Made by a program: the position numbers and the translations under genes
Assembly (NCBI GenBank): GCA_964016885.1
Contig: OZ024757.1
Location: forward strand, 17,732,001 to 17,796,000
Reading direction: 5' to 3'
DNA length: 64,000 nt
Source of the DNA: Eledone cirrhosa
Lineage: Eukaryota
Shown here: piece by piece, positions 38,004 through 51,776 of the stretch
Layout of the letters: every line of letters starts with the position of its first letter
How positions within the stretch are numbered: position 1 is the first letter of the stretch
The notes under the pieces: model-generated
The model's input: only the letters and a program-made list of their open reading frames with translations
Told to the model about the DNA's origin: nothing
Databases searched by the model: none

Positions 38004-41000
38004 TCTACTTATATATATAACCAGTAATTTCTCTGTCTGTCTGTCAGTGGAAACACGTGCGCACGTGGTTGCTATCTCTCTCTTTTAGTCTGTCTGTTTC
38101 TCTCACTCTCACTCTTTCTCTTTGTAACACACTAACATTCCTCCCCTCTATCGCTGTGATGAATGGGGAGATGGAGGAGGAGGAGAAAGAGAGAGTCACT
38201 TTGTCACTTCACCTCTGCCTTTCTTTCTCTCCCCTCTCACTCCCTGTCGTCGACCACTGATTCCAACAACCAGCATTCTAGGCCAGCACCGGACACCTGC
38301 GTTCCCAGCCATGGCACGTGCGACCTTGGAGTAGTTACCATGGAGATCTAGCGAGACACAGCCGAGTTCTTTGAATTTACAGACGACGACTTTAAGACTG
38401 GCTTTTGTGTTTTAACCAACTCACTGGGGCTGAGCATATAATATATATATATGTGTGTGCGTGTGTGTTATATGTGTGTGTGTATGTGTGCGTGTGTGTG
38501 TGTTATATATGTGTGTGTGTATGTGTGCGTGTGTGTGTGTTATATATGTGTGTGTGTATGTTTTATATATGGGTGTGTGTTATGTGTGTGTGTGTGTTTT
38601 ATATATGGGTGTGTGTGTATATATAATATATATATATATAATATATATATATATTATATATATATATTATATATGTATATTATGTGTGTCTCTCTATATA
38701 TCATCATCATCGTTTAACGTCCATGTTCCACGCTTACATGGGTTTGGACAGGAGTTTTCCCACTTGAGGCAAGAGTGGTTGTCTTGCTCGCATAGGACTG
38801 TCTGGCGGGTTTTCTACAGCTGGATGCCCTTCCTAACACCAACCACATTTACAGTGTGGGACTGGGAGGTTTTTACCGTGTTGCCTACACGGCCACATTA
38901 CAGCGTGGACTGTGTGTTTTTTTGTCGTGACACCTACACGATCTTATTTGTTTTGGCCTGGATGTTGTGGCACCAACATAACTTTACATTGAAAGGGGCG
39001 GTGTGGATGGGACGGGGGTATATTTTGTTAGAGATGCCTACTGACTGTAGTAGGTTTTACTTTGTATTTAGGTAAGGCGGGTCTTCTCTATTACTGAGTA
39101 CCGCCAAAGATCTCGGTCCAGTGACATTGTCTTGGAGAGGTGTAAGTGTGTGAGGTCAGAATTTATCAGGTCGTCCCAGGTTTTTCTGGGTCTGCCGACT
39201 CCGTGGCTACCGTCTATCTTTATTGCCCTGCACTTTTTTATACAGCTGTCGTCGTTCATGCGCATCACGTGACCATACCAACGTAGCCTTCTCTCGAGTA
39301 AACAACATCTGATCCCTCTTATTTCTAATTTTTCCCTTAGTTCGTTTATGCTTTGCCATTTGCATATATTACTATTACACATCCAGCGGAGCATGCAAGC
39401 TTCGTTCCTCTCTAGTCTGCGTATATCCTCTGCACACAATGCCCAGGTCTCACTGCCATGCAACATTGCTGTTCGTATGCAGGCATCATACAGCCTGCCT
39501 TTCATTTTTAGGGAGAACCCTTTAGCGGCTAATAGTGGTATAAGCTCTCTGAACTTTTTCCATCCAGTTCTGACTCTAGCTACTGTACTTTCAGAGCACC
39601 CTACCCCACTGCTGATTTTGTTACCCAGGTAACGGAAGCTGTCCACTATTTCTATAAAACCCTCTGCGCAATTGAAAGAGCTAGTATTTTGTGGGCACTT
39701 GCTGCTACTTATTGCACCAGAGCACCGGCCACATGTAAAATCTATGTTCTTAGTTAGCTTACCTGTGATCCCACTACATCTTTTATGCACCCATACTTTG
39801 CATTTGGGACATAAAATGGAGTTTCTACCTACGCCTTTCCTACACACTGAGTATGGCCATTTCCCGGAAGGGACCGCCACCTTATTTTCTCTCCCACAAA
39901 CTAGAACTTTAGTCTTAGCCAGGTTAATTTTAAGGCCTTTTGATTCTAGGCCGTGCTTCCATGTTTGGAATTTCTTCTCTAACAATCAAATACCTCGCTG
40001 CTTTCAATAATTACCAAATTGTAGACATACTGCTTTTTTGAAATTCATAACACCATACATTTTCGACTGTAAACATGACCACTTTGAGCTGCACGGTATT
40101 GCAATGCACGTTCCCCTCCGGTTGGTTGAGCTAGTTTTTGATGGATTCGTCAGAGCGTGCAGCAGACGTTGATTCACATGTCTTTGCTGCCGCAGTTGAC
40201 GCTGTGTTTCAGTTGATACAGCTCAAACAGCAGACGTTGACTCCCATTTCTTTGCTGCCGCAGTTGACGCTTTGTTTCGGTTGATGCAGCTCGAGCTGCG
40301 GAAGTTGCCTCAGCATTTCTATGCCGCCGTAATGAACGCTGTGGTTAGTTCTCAGCATCTCCTGCAATAGATGTTGCCTCAATATTTGCTTTCTGTCGCA
40401 GTGAGGATTGAGAATCGTTTTCTGCACCTCAAGCAGCAGCAGTTGCCTCAGCATTTATTTGCTGTCGCGTCGAACGTTATGTTTCGTTTTCTGCATCTCC
40501 TGCAATAGAAGTTGCTTCAGCATTTTTCTTTTGGCGTAATAATCGCTATTTGTTATTCTCTGTTACTTTTGCAATCGAGGTTGGTGCAGAATTTGTGTTG
40601 AGGAATTTTGAGCGTCCTTCATGTTTGGTCTATGTCACTGCAATCAGTCTAAGGAAAGCAACGTCACAGTTTCTATTGGCAGCCACAACCATACAGAATG
40701 GTAAGCATTTCAAACTACATAAATCATTAGAATGCCTACATATACGCAACGCATAACGAAATATTTACATGTTTCTACTGTAGCAAACGTATGGCACCCC
40801 CCTCATTTGTACCTTTCACTCAAAGTCGTCATACATTATCTCCGTCATCCTGCAACGACTTCAGTCCCTGAATTGCCAAACATCCCACATTATTGTCATA
40901 AATTCCATGTGACTCACTTTTGGGGCTGCTGACTTCCTTGTGGCATAGTTCGGGTTTGGAGCTTCACCGCATCAACGTCACACTTTTACACTCATTCACC

Positions 41001-41181
41001 TTTCATATGCCATAACATTTTACCCTTTTTACATCGAACAACACATACTTCTTATGGTTAAAAATAAATGTTTTTTTGGGGGGTGGGGGTGGGGGTGTTT
41101 CGTGCTACGTTGTTTTCTCTTTAAAAAAATTATTTACTAATGGGAGACTTACACCCGGGCAACGCCGGGTATGGCGATAAG
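38004..41181 (+). mobile_element. Possible large non-autonomous Helitron with a nested RTE insertion
   Basis: 5' A|TCTACTTATATATATAA plus (CTGT)n; 3' CCCGGGCAACGCCGGG hairpin at ~41154-41169, but the terminal CTAG is degenerate; pairing of the two ends is inferred. Confidence 0.4.
38701..39985 (-). mobile_element. 5'-truncated RTE LINE (305-aa C-terminal ORF plus 3' UTR)
   Basis: ORF 39068-39985 is nearly identical to 52163-53557; (TGA)n tail. Confidence 0.93.
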
Positions 41182-42384
41182 TAGGAGGGTGTGGAGGAGA
41201 GGGGGGGGGGGGGGGCAGATTAAAAACGAACATATACACGAGATGTGCATAAACAAATATATACATAAGTGTACACACACATACACACATATATATATAT
41301 ACATACATGCATAGAACTCATACACACGTATAAAAACACACACATATGCATGTATGTATATATATATATGTGTGTGTGTGTGTACATAAAAATATAAAAT
41401 GAACATACATACATACGCACATACACATGCTTACAAAAATAAATATACACATATACATATGTATAAAAAATACAGTCATAAAAAATAGACAGAAGAACTG
41501 CGTTGACAACGATAAGAGAGAGGAGGGGGGGGGGGAAATAAAAATAGTACATGAGGTGTGCAAAAATAGTACATGAGGGGGGAAAATAAAAAAGTACATG
41601 AGGTGTGCATAAATATATATATACATAAAATATAAAATATATATACACACACGCACACACACATATATATATATGTATATATATATGTGTGTGTGTACAT
41701 ACACACGTACACACACACACACATAAAAAACCATGCACAAACTTATATACACATATAAAAACACATACACAATTGTATATATGTGCACACACACACACAC
41801 ATATATATATATACTCTAAATTATGTCCATAGAATCATTTGATAAGATATATACTCCATTTCCTCTCCCAATTAGCATAATCAACCACACAAATAAATCA
41901 GGCTATAAAATTAAAAGACACCTATGAAGAAATAATAGATAAATAAACAACAGCCATCTATTCGCGATCAACAGCTATAGAATATTTACCCAGCATTTCA
42001 ATAGCACGTGGAAATCGATTAAATATATCGTCAACCATACACAATTAGCTATAAAATTAAAGTTAGAAGAAAAAATGCATATACACATACCAGGATTACG
42101 TTCACTTTCGGAAATATCCTATCAAGGATAAATTCTCGAGCTTCAAACTCACCAGGAAACAAACTCACTTGGACAAAGATTTTTCTTAAATGATCCCCGC
42201 CAGAAATATATATATGCAGAGGTTATATTTAATTTGTTGGGATTCAACAAGCTTAAACATTTTTATAACTGATATAAAGCACTCAACAGTTTAGTGGAGT
42301 AAATATACAATATATTAATAAATGGAAACTATATTTATAAAACCATAATTATTTTATTATATATATTTCAAAGGTACCAAAAGG

Positions 42385-43145
42385 CTAGTCATAGACGGCA
42401 TACAACCGTAGACACAGACTAGTCATATACGGCATACAACCGTAGACACAGACTAGTCATAGACGGCATACAACCGTAGACACAGACTAGTCATAGACGG
42501 CATACAACCGTAGACACAGACTAGTCATAGACGGCATACAACCGTAGACACAGACTAGTCATAGACGGCATACAACCGTAGACACAGACTAGTCATATAC
42601 GGCATACAACCGTAGACACAGACTAGTCATAGACAGCATACAACCGTAGACACAGACTAGTCATATACGGCATACAACCGTAGACACAGACTAGTCATAT
42701 ACGGCATACAACCGTAGACACAGACTAGTCATAGATGGCATACAACCGTAGACACAGACTAGTCATAGACGGCATACAACCGTAGACACAGACTAGTCAT
42801 ATACGGCATACAACCGTAGACACAGACTAGTCATAGACGGCATACAACCGTAGACACAGACTAGTCATAGACGGTATACAACCGTAGACACAGACTAGTC
42901 ATAGACGGTATACAACCGTAGGCACAGACTAGTCATAGACGGTATACAACCGTAGGCACAGACTAGTCATAGACGGCATACAACCGTAGACACAGACTAG
43001 TCATAGACGGCATACAACCGTAGACACAGACTAGTCATATATGGCATACAACCGTAGACACAGACTAGTCATATACGGCATATAACCATAGACACAGACT
43101 AGTCATAGACAGCATATAACCATAGACACAGACTAGTCATATACA
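42385..43145 (+). repeat. 34-bp satellite CTAGTCATAGACGGCATACAACCGTAGACACAGA, about 22 copies
   Basis: Period 34 (42385, 42419, ...). Confidence 0.96.
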
Positions 43146-43273
43146 CATAGAATGACTCAAACTAAATAAAGAAAAACACAGCTATGAATTTACTTTATTG
43201 CAGTGTTACAAATTTCATTAGTCAAATAGTTGGCCTCTTTAGTGAGCAATTTGAGCCTGGTTTTTATTTATAG

Positions 43274-44790
43274 CTAGCAGATTTACCCGGCGTTGCTCGG
43301 GGTTTGAAATTATGCTAAGAATATACAGCTAGGAAGTAAAAGAAGAACATTATTTGTCCCCAACCTGTCAAAATAAGCAGAAGTCTTCAATAATTAATGC
43401 AAACGAATATTTAGTGCAATCTTTGTACACATAAAACTATGCTGATAATGAAGGAAAACACTGAACAGGATGTAGTTATACAAATGTTTAAAGACAATAC
43501 ACGTTGGAAATCTGTAAAAAAAACAGGCAGTTTTGCTAAAGTACAAGTTGTAATGGAAGCAGAGTTGTATACAAACAAAAAAACAATGAGAGTAGAATAA
43601 GAGAAAATCTATTCTTTGAGAGGATCCTTTGCTGTGTATGGTTAAATTTTAAACTTATAATCCAAAATATCCTGCATGACATATTCATTGGTATGTTTTG
43701 TAATGAGTAAGGTGAAGTCATGGCAGAGCTGTAATAAGTGTTTTTGTTAACACTAAAGCACTTCAGGAGAGACAATATTCTTTGTTTTTCTTTTCGGAAC
43801 AAACGCAAAGAGATTATCTCGACTGCCAACTCGTGAGCAGGCAATGTAAAATTGTCCGTGCGAAAAGCAAGGTTCATCCAAGTGAATTCCAGCGACGGAC
43901 AGAGTTTGACCTTGCGACTTGTTTATGGACATCGCAAAGGTAACACGAAGGGGAAATTAGGCTAATTTCTGTTATTATTACATTCTCGCCTTTTCCACAT
44001 CCAGATAGAATGGTAGAGTCAATACTAAGTGGAGACAGTTTTTTAACCACAAGGCGTGTTTTGGAGGAGTGATATTTCTCAGCAAAATAACTGGTGTTCC
44101 CTCTTTCAGAACCAATGTATTAGGAGGTAAACCAGGAGGATTTAAAGAATTTAGAAATTCAACTGGATAATTGACCGCATCCTGTGGATCACATACAGTA
44201 TCAATAGATTTATATATCCGTGGACATCCAGGAAGAAGCTGAAGAAGCTGATCGTTAATACAGCTAACAGTGATATTTTTGGGTGCAAGAATGGCTCTTT
44301 CGCATAGCTAATCAAGATTCGTATAGTTATCACGCAAGTTCGGGAATACACTCGCCTTGAAATCATCGACAGTTCCAACTACATTGCAGATGTGATCAAT
44401 TACTATGTGTCCATCTGTATCCGGAGGTAGGTTACCATCTCCTATTGTAAGAATGTCTCCAGAAAATGTTGATGACAGAGGGTCCCCATGCAACCTTGCA
44501 CGCATGTTGGTAGTTAGTCTTAATGATGTCACTTGTCGCCACAATGGTGAAGACTTAAGACATGCATTTACCGCATCTGCTCTTGTTCCTTTCGGTATTA
44601 TAGGAAGAGTCTGTCTGAAGTCTCCTGATAGCAGAAGGGTGACACCCCCCATAACATCACTGCAATCCCGTATGTCTTGCAAAGACCTGTCTAGTGCCTC
44701 AAGAGCACCTTTGTGCACTCATCCCAAACAATAAGGTGACACCTTCGCAGCAGATGAGCCCTTTCGGAGTCTTTGGTGATATGACAAGTA
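43274..44790 (-). mobile_element. Helitron 3' part with a decayed PIF1-type helicase (RepHel) pseudogene
   Basis: Minus strand LIVWDE, LLSGDFRQTLP, LRLTTNMRA and FAMSINKSQGQTL...CFSHGQFYIACSRVG with frameshifts; 3' hairpin CCCCGAGCAACGCCGGG plus CTAG at 43274-43277. Confidence 0.9.
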
Positions 44791-44900
44791 GGATATGACA
44801 AGTGGTCATGCAATAATCATGCATTTCAAGGTTTGTAGTTGTCAAAAGGATTGGTCAAAATTTCTTTTAAACACAGTTAAATCTTTCATGGTGGTGGGTG

Positions 44901-45619
44901 GCTGAACTTGCCTGTAGAACAATGAGGGAGTGGGTTAAGCCAGTCAAGCATTATAATTCTCAGATTCCTGTAGAATTCTTTTTTCCTCTGCTTTCTCGCT
45001 AGCCTAATTCATAGAATTTACTTTTGTAGCGGCCCCTTACGGCTGTAACTCAGCACGTATAGGAGTTGCGTCCCTTTGTGACGGTCGCTACTCCCAGTGG
45101 CAGATACGTATAGGAGTTGCGTCCCTTTGTGACGGTCGCGACTCCCAGTGGCAGATCCATGTACTAAATGGACTATATATTATTAAGAATGACAATAAAT
45201 GCAGGTGAGTGTTGTGACATGGTTTTACTTCACAGAAGTCAAATAAATTAATAAAAATAATTTCAGTTGGTCACAACTCCCAGACTGGAGTGTGTAGAGA
45301 AGAACAGAAATCTTCTCTTGGTAAGGTTCAAGTGTTTCTTTAGGCTGCCGGCGCAGGAAGTGAGAGAGTAATGCCTTGATGTCCTCAAATATATAGTCCC
45401 CAGGGGGACGCAACTCCATTTAGTACATGGATCTGCCACTGGGAGTCGCGACCGTCACAAAGGGACGCAACTCCTATACGTATCTGCCACTGGGAGTCGC
45501 GACCATCGCAAAGGGATGCAACTCCTATAGGTGCTGAGTTACAGCCATAAGGGGCCGCTACACTTTCAATGCTTGACCGGCTTCACCCACTCCTTCATTG
45601 ATCTACAGGAAAGTTCTGC
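44901..45619. mobile_element. Foldback-like element with ~200-bp inverted arms containing two ~49-bp tandem subrepeats
   Basis: 45025-45172 is the reverse complement of ~45414-45561, and 44901-44952 of ~45568-45619; ~70-bp extra segment in the left arm. Confidence 0.8.
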
Positions 45620-46724
45620 AGGCAATACACACACACACACACACATATATAAATCTATCTGTCTATCTAGTGTGGGTAAAATTCCCGAGATAAATATTTA
45701 TAAATATATATATATATATTTATCATTATTAGACATTAAAGTTTAAGTAAACAATTTCAGGTTTTACTCTATTAAGGGATGTTCTGAAACTGAGGAAATT
45801 CAATTTGTAGATGCAGAAGTAAATATTTCCAAAAACGTTGCAACCGAAGGTGAAACAGGAAGACGTACCGTTAGTTCATGAAGACGTTCTCTGGCGATGG
45901 ATGAAAAATATGCGAGAATAACAACGACAAAAACATATCATCAACGATAACGACACCACTATCACAATCACCACCACCACCATCAATATAACAGAGTCAA
46001 CACATTTAAAAAATAATTAAAAAAACAGCAACAAGAAAACATTTCAAGAAATTTAAAGAATATAATTTTCAGTTTAAGCTATTTTTTGGAGTATAACAAA
46101 ACATGTTTACATTAAATCAAAATCAAATGTTTTAATATTGATATGGTTTCTGATTTAGACACAAATCCAACAATTTTTGAGGGAGAAGAAAATCAATTAA
46201 ATCGACCCCAGTACATTACTGGTATTTCAATTTTATCGACCTCGTAAGGACGAAAGGCAAAGCTAACCTCGGCAGGATTTGAAATCAGACTGTAAAGGGA
46301 CGTAACACTAAGCGACTAAGCATATTGACCGACCCTCTACCGATACTGCTAATGTTCTGCCCATGATTTTATAAATAAATACTTAAAAAGAAGAAGTTTT
46401 ATATTGTCGAACACGGAAAGGTTTCAGTCGAGTGAACATCAAAAGGGTTGCTACCTTTACATGCTCCAACCACCGTCGATGATAAATTCTTGACCAGTGA
46501 CGAACGCTGACTGTAAAAGACAATTGAGATTTTACTTAAATATTTTTCTTTTTTACTATTTTCAACATATATCTTTGATAATAGAACACAAGTATCAAGT
46601 GACAACCACTTTGTCTTAGATTTGTTTCGGAAATGGAAATGTGATATCTTCCTTTCTCTCTCTCTCTCGCTCACTCCCCCTCTCTTTCTATCTCTCTCTC
46701 GCCCCCTCTCTTTATTTCTATCTG

Positions 46725-46768
<44 letters not shown>

Positions 46769-46772
46769 AGTC

Positions 46773-47659
46773 TACCAAGCGGAAACGGCAATCAGCGGAG
46801 ACTCCACCTCAATATTTTATAGGGGATTAGTGGAGGATAAGTGCGACGATGTTCTCGGGGAAACTCTAGGCATCGAGGAGGACGAACTGACCAGTCTGTT
46901 CGGAAGGACTTTCCGTCCAGGGCCTATGGATAACTTCCAGAGATCTCTGGCTTGGCAGTGCTACCAAGGAGCTCTACCAGTTCGAGACAAAATCTACAGG
47001 CACAGACGCCCTGGCAGAGATCCTGCCAAAGGATCTGTTCAAGATGTGAGCAGGACATCGAAACCGTTCTGCATGCAATTGTTCAGTACCCAGGGGTGAC
47101 CGACCTGTGGAATTATGTTGAACAGCTACTGTCACGTGTGCGACGCATACAATTGTCAGCCAAGTCCATCGTGAGGATCACCCCGTCGCCTCATTTAAGA
47201 ATGAAGGAGAGGCGGTTTCCCTCTGTCTGGTGGCTATGGCGAAATAGGTAATATGGTGGACGAGGTTAAAAGGACTGAGGGCAAACAACTTATCCCCTTC
47301 TTTAAGTACCACTTCAGAAGGAAGTTGAGAGTAGAGAGAGAGGTGCTACACCCCAGTAAATTCACTGGAAGGTGAGTGAATGTGGCGAAAATGGCCCGAG
47401 TGAATGGGCCTTCTCCTTTAGGAAGATAAACAGAGGGAAGACAGGAACACCTACAAGGCGTGTTCCTGGTGTTGAGGGTTGTTCTATCCACGGGGTGTAA
47501 AACAACCCTGCAGTAACGTTCCCCCCTATTGGGGATTTCAATTGTTATATATACTTTGTTATTTATTAATGTTAAAGTTATATGATTTTTATGTAAAATC
47601 CCCACCGTCACGTCTTGTAATGTCCCATTTTTGTACGCCCCTGTGGCAAATAGAGAAAG
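46773..47659 (+). mobile_element. 5'-truncated Tx1/L1-like LINE (zf-RVT-like C-terminus plus 3' UTR)
   Basis: SLAWQCYQGALPV, CQRICSRCEQDIETVLH; homologous to 1255-1873; ends GTGGCAAATAGAGAAAG followed by ATATCTATCT. Confidence 0.85.
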
Positions 47660-47835
47660 ATATCTATCTTGGGATTGCTATCGAGATTTGGGATTTGTTG
47701 CTTTTATTGTAGTTTTTGTACGAAGATAGATATATTGGTAAATAAACATAAACGCATAACTACAGATTAACAGAGAGGTAGACAGAGAGACACATACTAC
47801 TACTACCACCACGACCACCACCACCACCACCACCG

Positions 47836-47869
<34 letters not shown>

Positions 47870-48739
47870 AAACAGCACCAACACCACCTCGTAAAGATGA
47901 AAGGCAAAGTTAATCTTGCCGCAACTTCAACTCAGAACGTAAAGGGACATAACTATTTACAGCAACGCATATAATCCCTATCTAATAATAATAATAATAA
48001 TAATTAGGAGAGTGATTCCTAGCTTAGGTACAATAAATAAACCATTAAAAACAATTAAATTTCATAAAATACACCATTAAATCAACCAAACTATTCTATT
48101 AAATAAACCACTTAAAATAATCATATAGGCCATTAAATAAACTTTTCAAATTAAATGACACGACGGTTCAGTTATATTCAAATATTGTAAGTGCGTCCAT
48201 TGAGAATATTGTTACGATGTTTGCGAAAATGTAAAACAAATATTTATATGCCAGACAGAAATGTTAACTTTTATTTCTATATACTTTTTTTTATATAATT
48301 GTCTGCTGGTGCATTTTGTATTTCGCTCTATATCTTCACCATTAACAAGAAGGCAACGACGACAACAGTGTCATTAACAACAACTCTACCATTAACAAGA
48401 GGAAGCCAACCCCAGCATCAGTGACTCACCTCCAGCCACAAGGTCCTATGACAAACTGCTAAGTTGCTCGCATGTGTGCGTGCTGAACTCTGGGGCTTTC
48501 CGCTGGGAACAACCCCGTTTTCTCGCCCCCCCCCCCTTTTTTTTGTACATTCATCCATTCACTCATTCATTTACTAACATTCTACCTTCCTGTGTCTCCC
48601 CCTCCATGCAGCCCCTTCTTTTCTCTCTTGTTTTCTGACACCTCTATATATATAGGTGAGCTATGAGGCCCTCTTACCAACACTTTCCCTTCCACCCACA
48701 CACGCCAGCCACTCACCCCTGATGCCGCTCGGTGCCACT

Positions 48740-51720
48740 GTCCCTGGCCCCACGACCCATCCCCCATCCCTCCAAGCCGACACTTGCAGCACCACTAACA
48801 AACGGAAGAGGGACCGGAACTGTTTGGGGTAAAGCTGCTTCCACCACCTCACCTGCGTTGGCTTGACTCATCAAGCTTCCAATGCCCTCGCAGCGTGGAG
48901 GTGCAGGAGTTGCCTCTTCTCCACGTCTTTCCAGCCACGGCTGTCTGGCACACCACCAGATGGGACAGCGAGCTTGCCTGACGCCCGAGCCTCGCTGGTC
49001 AACATCACTCGGCTCAGGTGGCTCCGGAAGATCCCACTCAGGATCCCGAGAGTGGCACGGGTGCCGGTAGCTGATGCCCTCGCTTCCTCGATTGAGAGCG
49101 CCCTGGACTCCAATTGAGCTAGTGACAGGGAGCGGCTGTTCTATTTCGCCCCACTCGCCCTCGGCCTCCCCAGCTCTGGCGCTGACTGGGGCGGCCGGTC
49201 AACAGCAGCCTTCGTCAAGGCCAATGTCTCGTCCTTTGGGCGAGCGCCCATTCCAAGCATGCCCAGGGACGCCACACACCCCACCCTCAGGTACCCCCTA
49301 TCCTCCACCCTCGAGGCCAGCACCAAGCGTTTGCGTGACCAGGTAAACGCCAAGCTTATCATGGGTCATGTATCGGCCACAGTCAGAGTCGTTGCCTCAG
49401 AGGACACTGTCCTCCAACCCACTGAGGAGGTCCTGGCTGCTTTGCGACTCAAACACCCTGACCCACCCACTGAGCTCAGACCCATACCCCCACCCGACCC
49501 CACTTTCTCCTTGTGGCTTCTGATGCAGACATCATGTCCGCCATCAGGTCCTTTCCAGCTAGCAGCTGCGGAGGTATTGATGGTCTCCGACCAGGCCACC
49601 TCAAGGAGTTGACATCCCCCCTCTCTGCTGAGGCCGGGCGCCGCCTTCTGAGTGCAATTGTGGCGCTCACCAATAGGATCATCCATGGTGCCCTGGACCC
49701 TTACGCCCGAGGCCTCTTTTTTCGGCCAGCCTCACCGCTCTCAGGAAGAAAGAGAGTGGCATAAGCCCCATTGCTGTGGGCAATGTCTTCCGGAGGCTGG
49801 CTGCCAAGGTGATCTGCAAGTCCGTCACACACGAACTGGGTGAGGAGTTTAGTCCGGTGCAACTGGGTGTCGGCGTGTCCGGTGACTGTGAGGGGGCCGC
49901 TCATGCAACCAGGCAGTTCTTCAACAGCTGCCCATTGGAACCGGCATCCAGGGACTCCAGGCACCTCATTGTCAAGCTTGACATGAGGAATGCATTCAAC
50001 TCTTTACGCCGGGATCATCTGCTTGAGGCGTGCCTTAGCCGAGCCCCCTCTAACTACCTGTCATATGGAGTCCCGAGCATGCTCCTTGCTGCTGATACGG
50101 TCATACCCTTGGCTACTGGGGTCCAACAGGGCGACCCTTTGGGACCCCTCCTGTTCGCCCTTGGTATTGACCACATCGCCCGGAGTATCACGGCCCCTCT
50201 CAATGTTTGGTATCTGGATGATGCTAAATTGGGCGGGCCCGTACGGATGGTCTGCCATGACCTTCAATCGGTGGTTCCTGCCCTGGTGGGAATCGGTTTC
50301 CAGGTCAACTCGGCCAAGTCGGAGGTGGTGAATGTCAGCCTCGATGCTGCTTCAGTCTTGGACGTGCAGTCCATTCTCCGCCAGGTTCAGGTGACCCCCA
50401 AAGAGGATGTCCTCATCCTCGGGTCACCGATCCACCCACCGGCCATCCGCTCCACCATCAGGTCCAGGCTTCAACAGCTCCAGACTCTCACAAGCCGACT
50501 GGGCTTGATTGACGGCCACCCAGCTCTCTTTCTGCTGAGGAACTGCTTCGCCATGCCGAAGCTCCTCTATACACTCCGTAGCGCTCCGTGCTACACCCAG
50601 ATATCTCTCCTGACCTCGATACTTGTATCCGAGCAGCAATGCAACATCAAGTTTGACAACATAGGGTGGCTACAGGCCACTTTACCTGTCAGGTATGGCA
50701 TCCTTGGCCTCCGGTCCCCAATCTCACTAGCTTTGACGGTGAATCTTTCGTCGGTAAGCTCGTGCCATGTCAGCAGGATTCTTCAAAACACAACAGAATC
50801 CTCTGTGTTCAGAGAAAGTGAGGCTGCCTGTGAGACATGGGACCGGCTGCGACTTAGCTCAGTAGACGTCCCTCCTCCTTCTCTCCCTGTTGACGTCAAG
50901 TCCCCCCAACGCATGTGGGATGCCATCCAGTGCAGCCAGGCCTCATTACAGGCTCACGCGCCAGCTCAACCAGCACCGCCTTGCTTGTTTTCGTGCGGCT
51001 TCCAAACCCCACAGTGGTGCCTGGCTCCATGCCCTGCCCTCCTCCTCCACTGGCACGCAGCTAGACAACTATAGCCTGCGCATCGGCGTTTCCCTGAGGC
51101 TCGGCCTCCGGATCTGCCAGCCACACCAATGTCGCTGCGGTTCCACCGTGGACTCTTTCGGCCTCCACCCGCTTTCCTGTTGCCACAGTGCCAGCCACAT
51201 TCCACGCCATGCTGCCCTCAACAAGGTCATTAAGCATGGCTTGGACGCTGCAGGCTTCCCTTCCCAGCTCGAGCCGGTGGGGCTGGATAGAGGGGACGAC
51301 AAAAGGCCAGATCGCATCATCATCTCTCTGTTCCGTGGTGGCAAACCCTTCATCTGGGATGCCAATTGCACCGACACTTTCTGCAGCCACAACCTGGTGC
51401 AGTCTGTGACTGACCCACGTTCTGCTGCACGTCAAGCTGAAGGGACTAAACTCCTCAAATACCGGTCGCTCTCCAACAGGTTTGTGGTCGTACCCCTGGC
51501 AGTGGAGACTTCTGGTGTCCTCGGACCCAGGGCTACCTCCTTACTCACCACCATAGGCGCTGAGCTGGCAAGCTGCAGGTGTTAGCCCCGCAAGTTGGAG
51601 TGGCTTTTCCAGCGCGTCTCCCTTGTCGTCCTCCAGGGAAATGCCTTCTCTATTCTGTCCGCCGGGGCTGTGGGTGGGCCCCATCACGTACCGTTGTAGT
51701 TGTTGTATTACTGAATTATT
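48740..51720 (+). mobile_element. CRE-clade non-LTR retrotransposon (PHD-like finger, RT, CCHC finger, restriction-like endonuclease), frameshifted
   Basis: HLTCVGL...WRCRSC; GIDGLRPGHLK; PIAVGNVFRRLAAK; QLGVG; KLDMRNAFN; GVQQGDPLGPLLF; WYLDD; CRC...HPLSC; RHAALN; KRPD; IWD; KLLKY; PLAVETSGVLG. Confidence 0.88.
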
Positions 51721-51776
51721 ACCTGAATTGCGTTTTTTCTTTTATATTTAATTTCATATCAATTTACCTTATATAT

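Noticed and set aside
48400-48520. HDV-like ribozyme at the 5' end of the CRE element
   Set aside because: Could not assemble the nested double pseudoknot by eye; needs an RNAMotif or Infernal search
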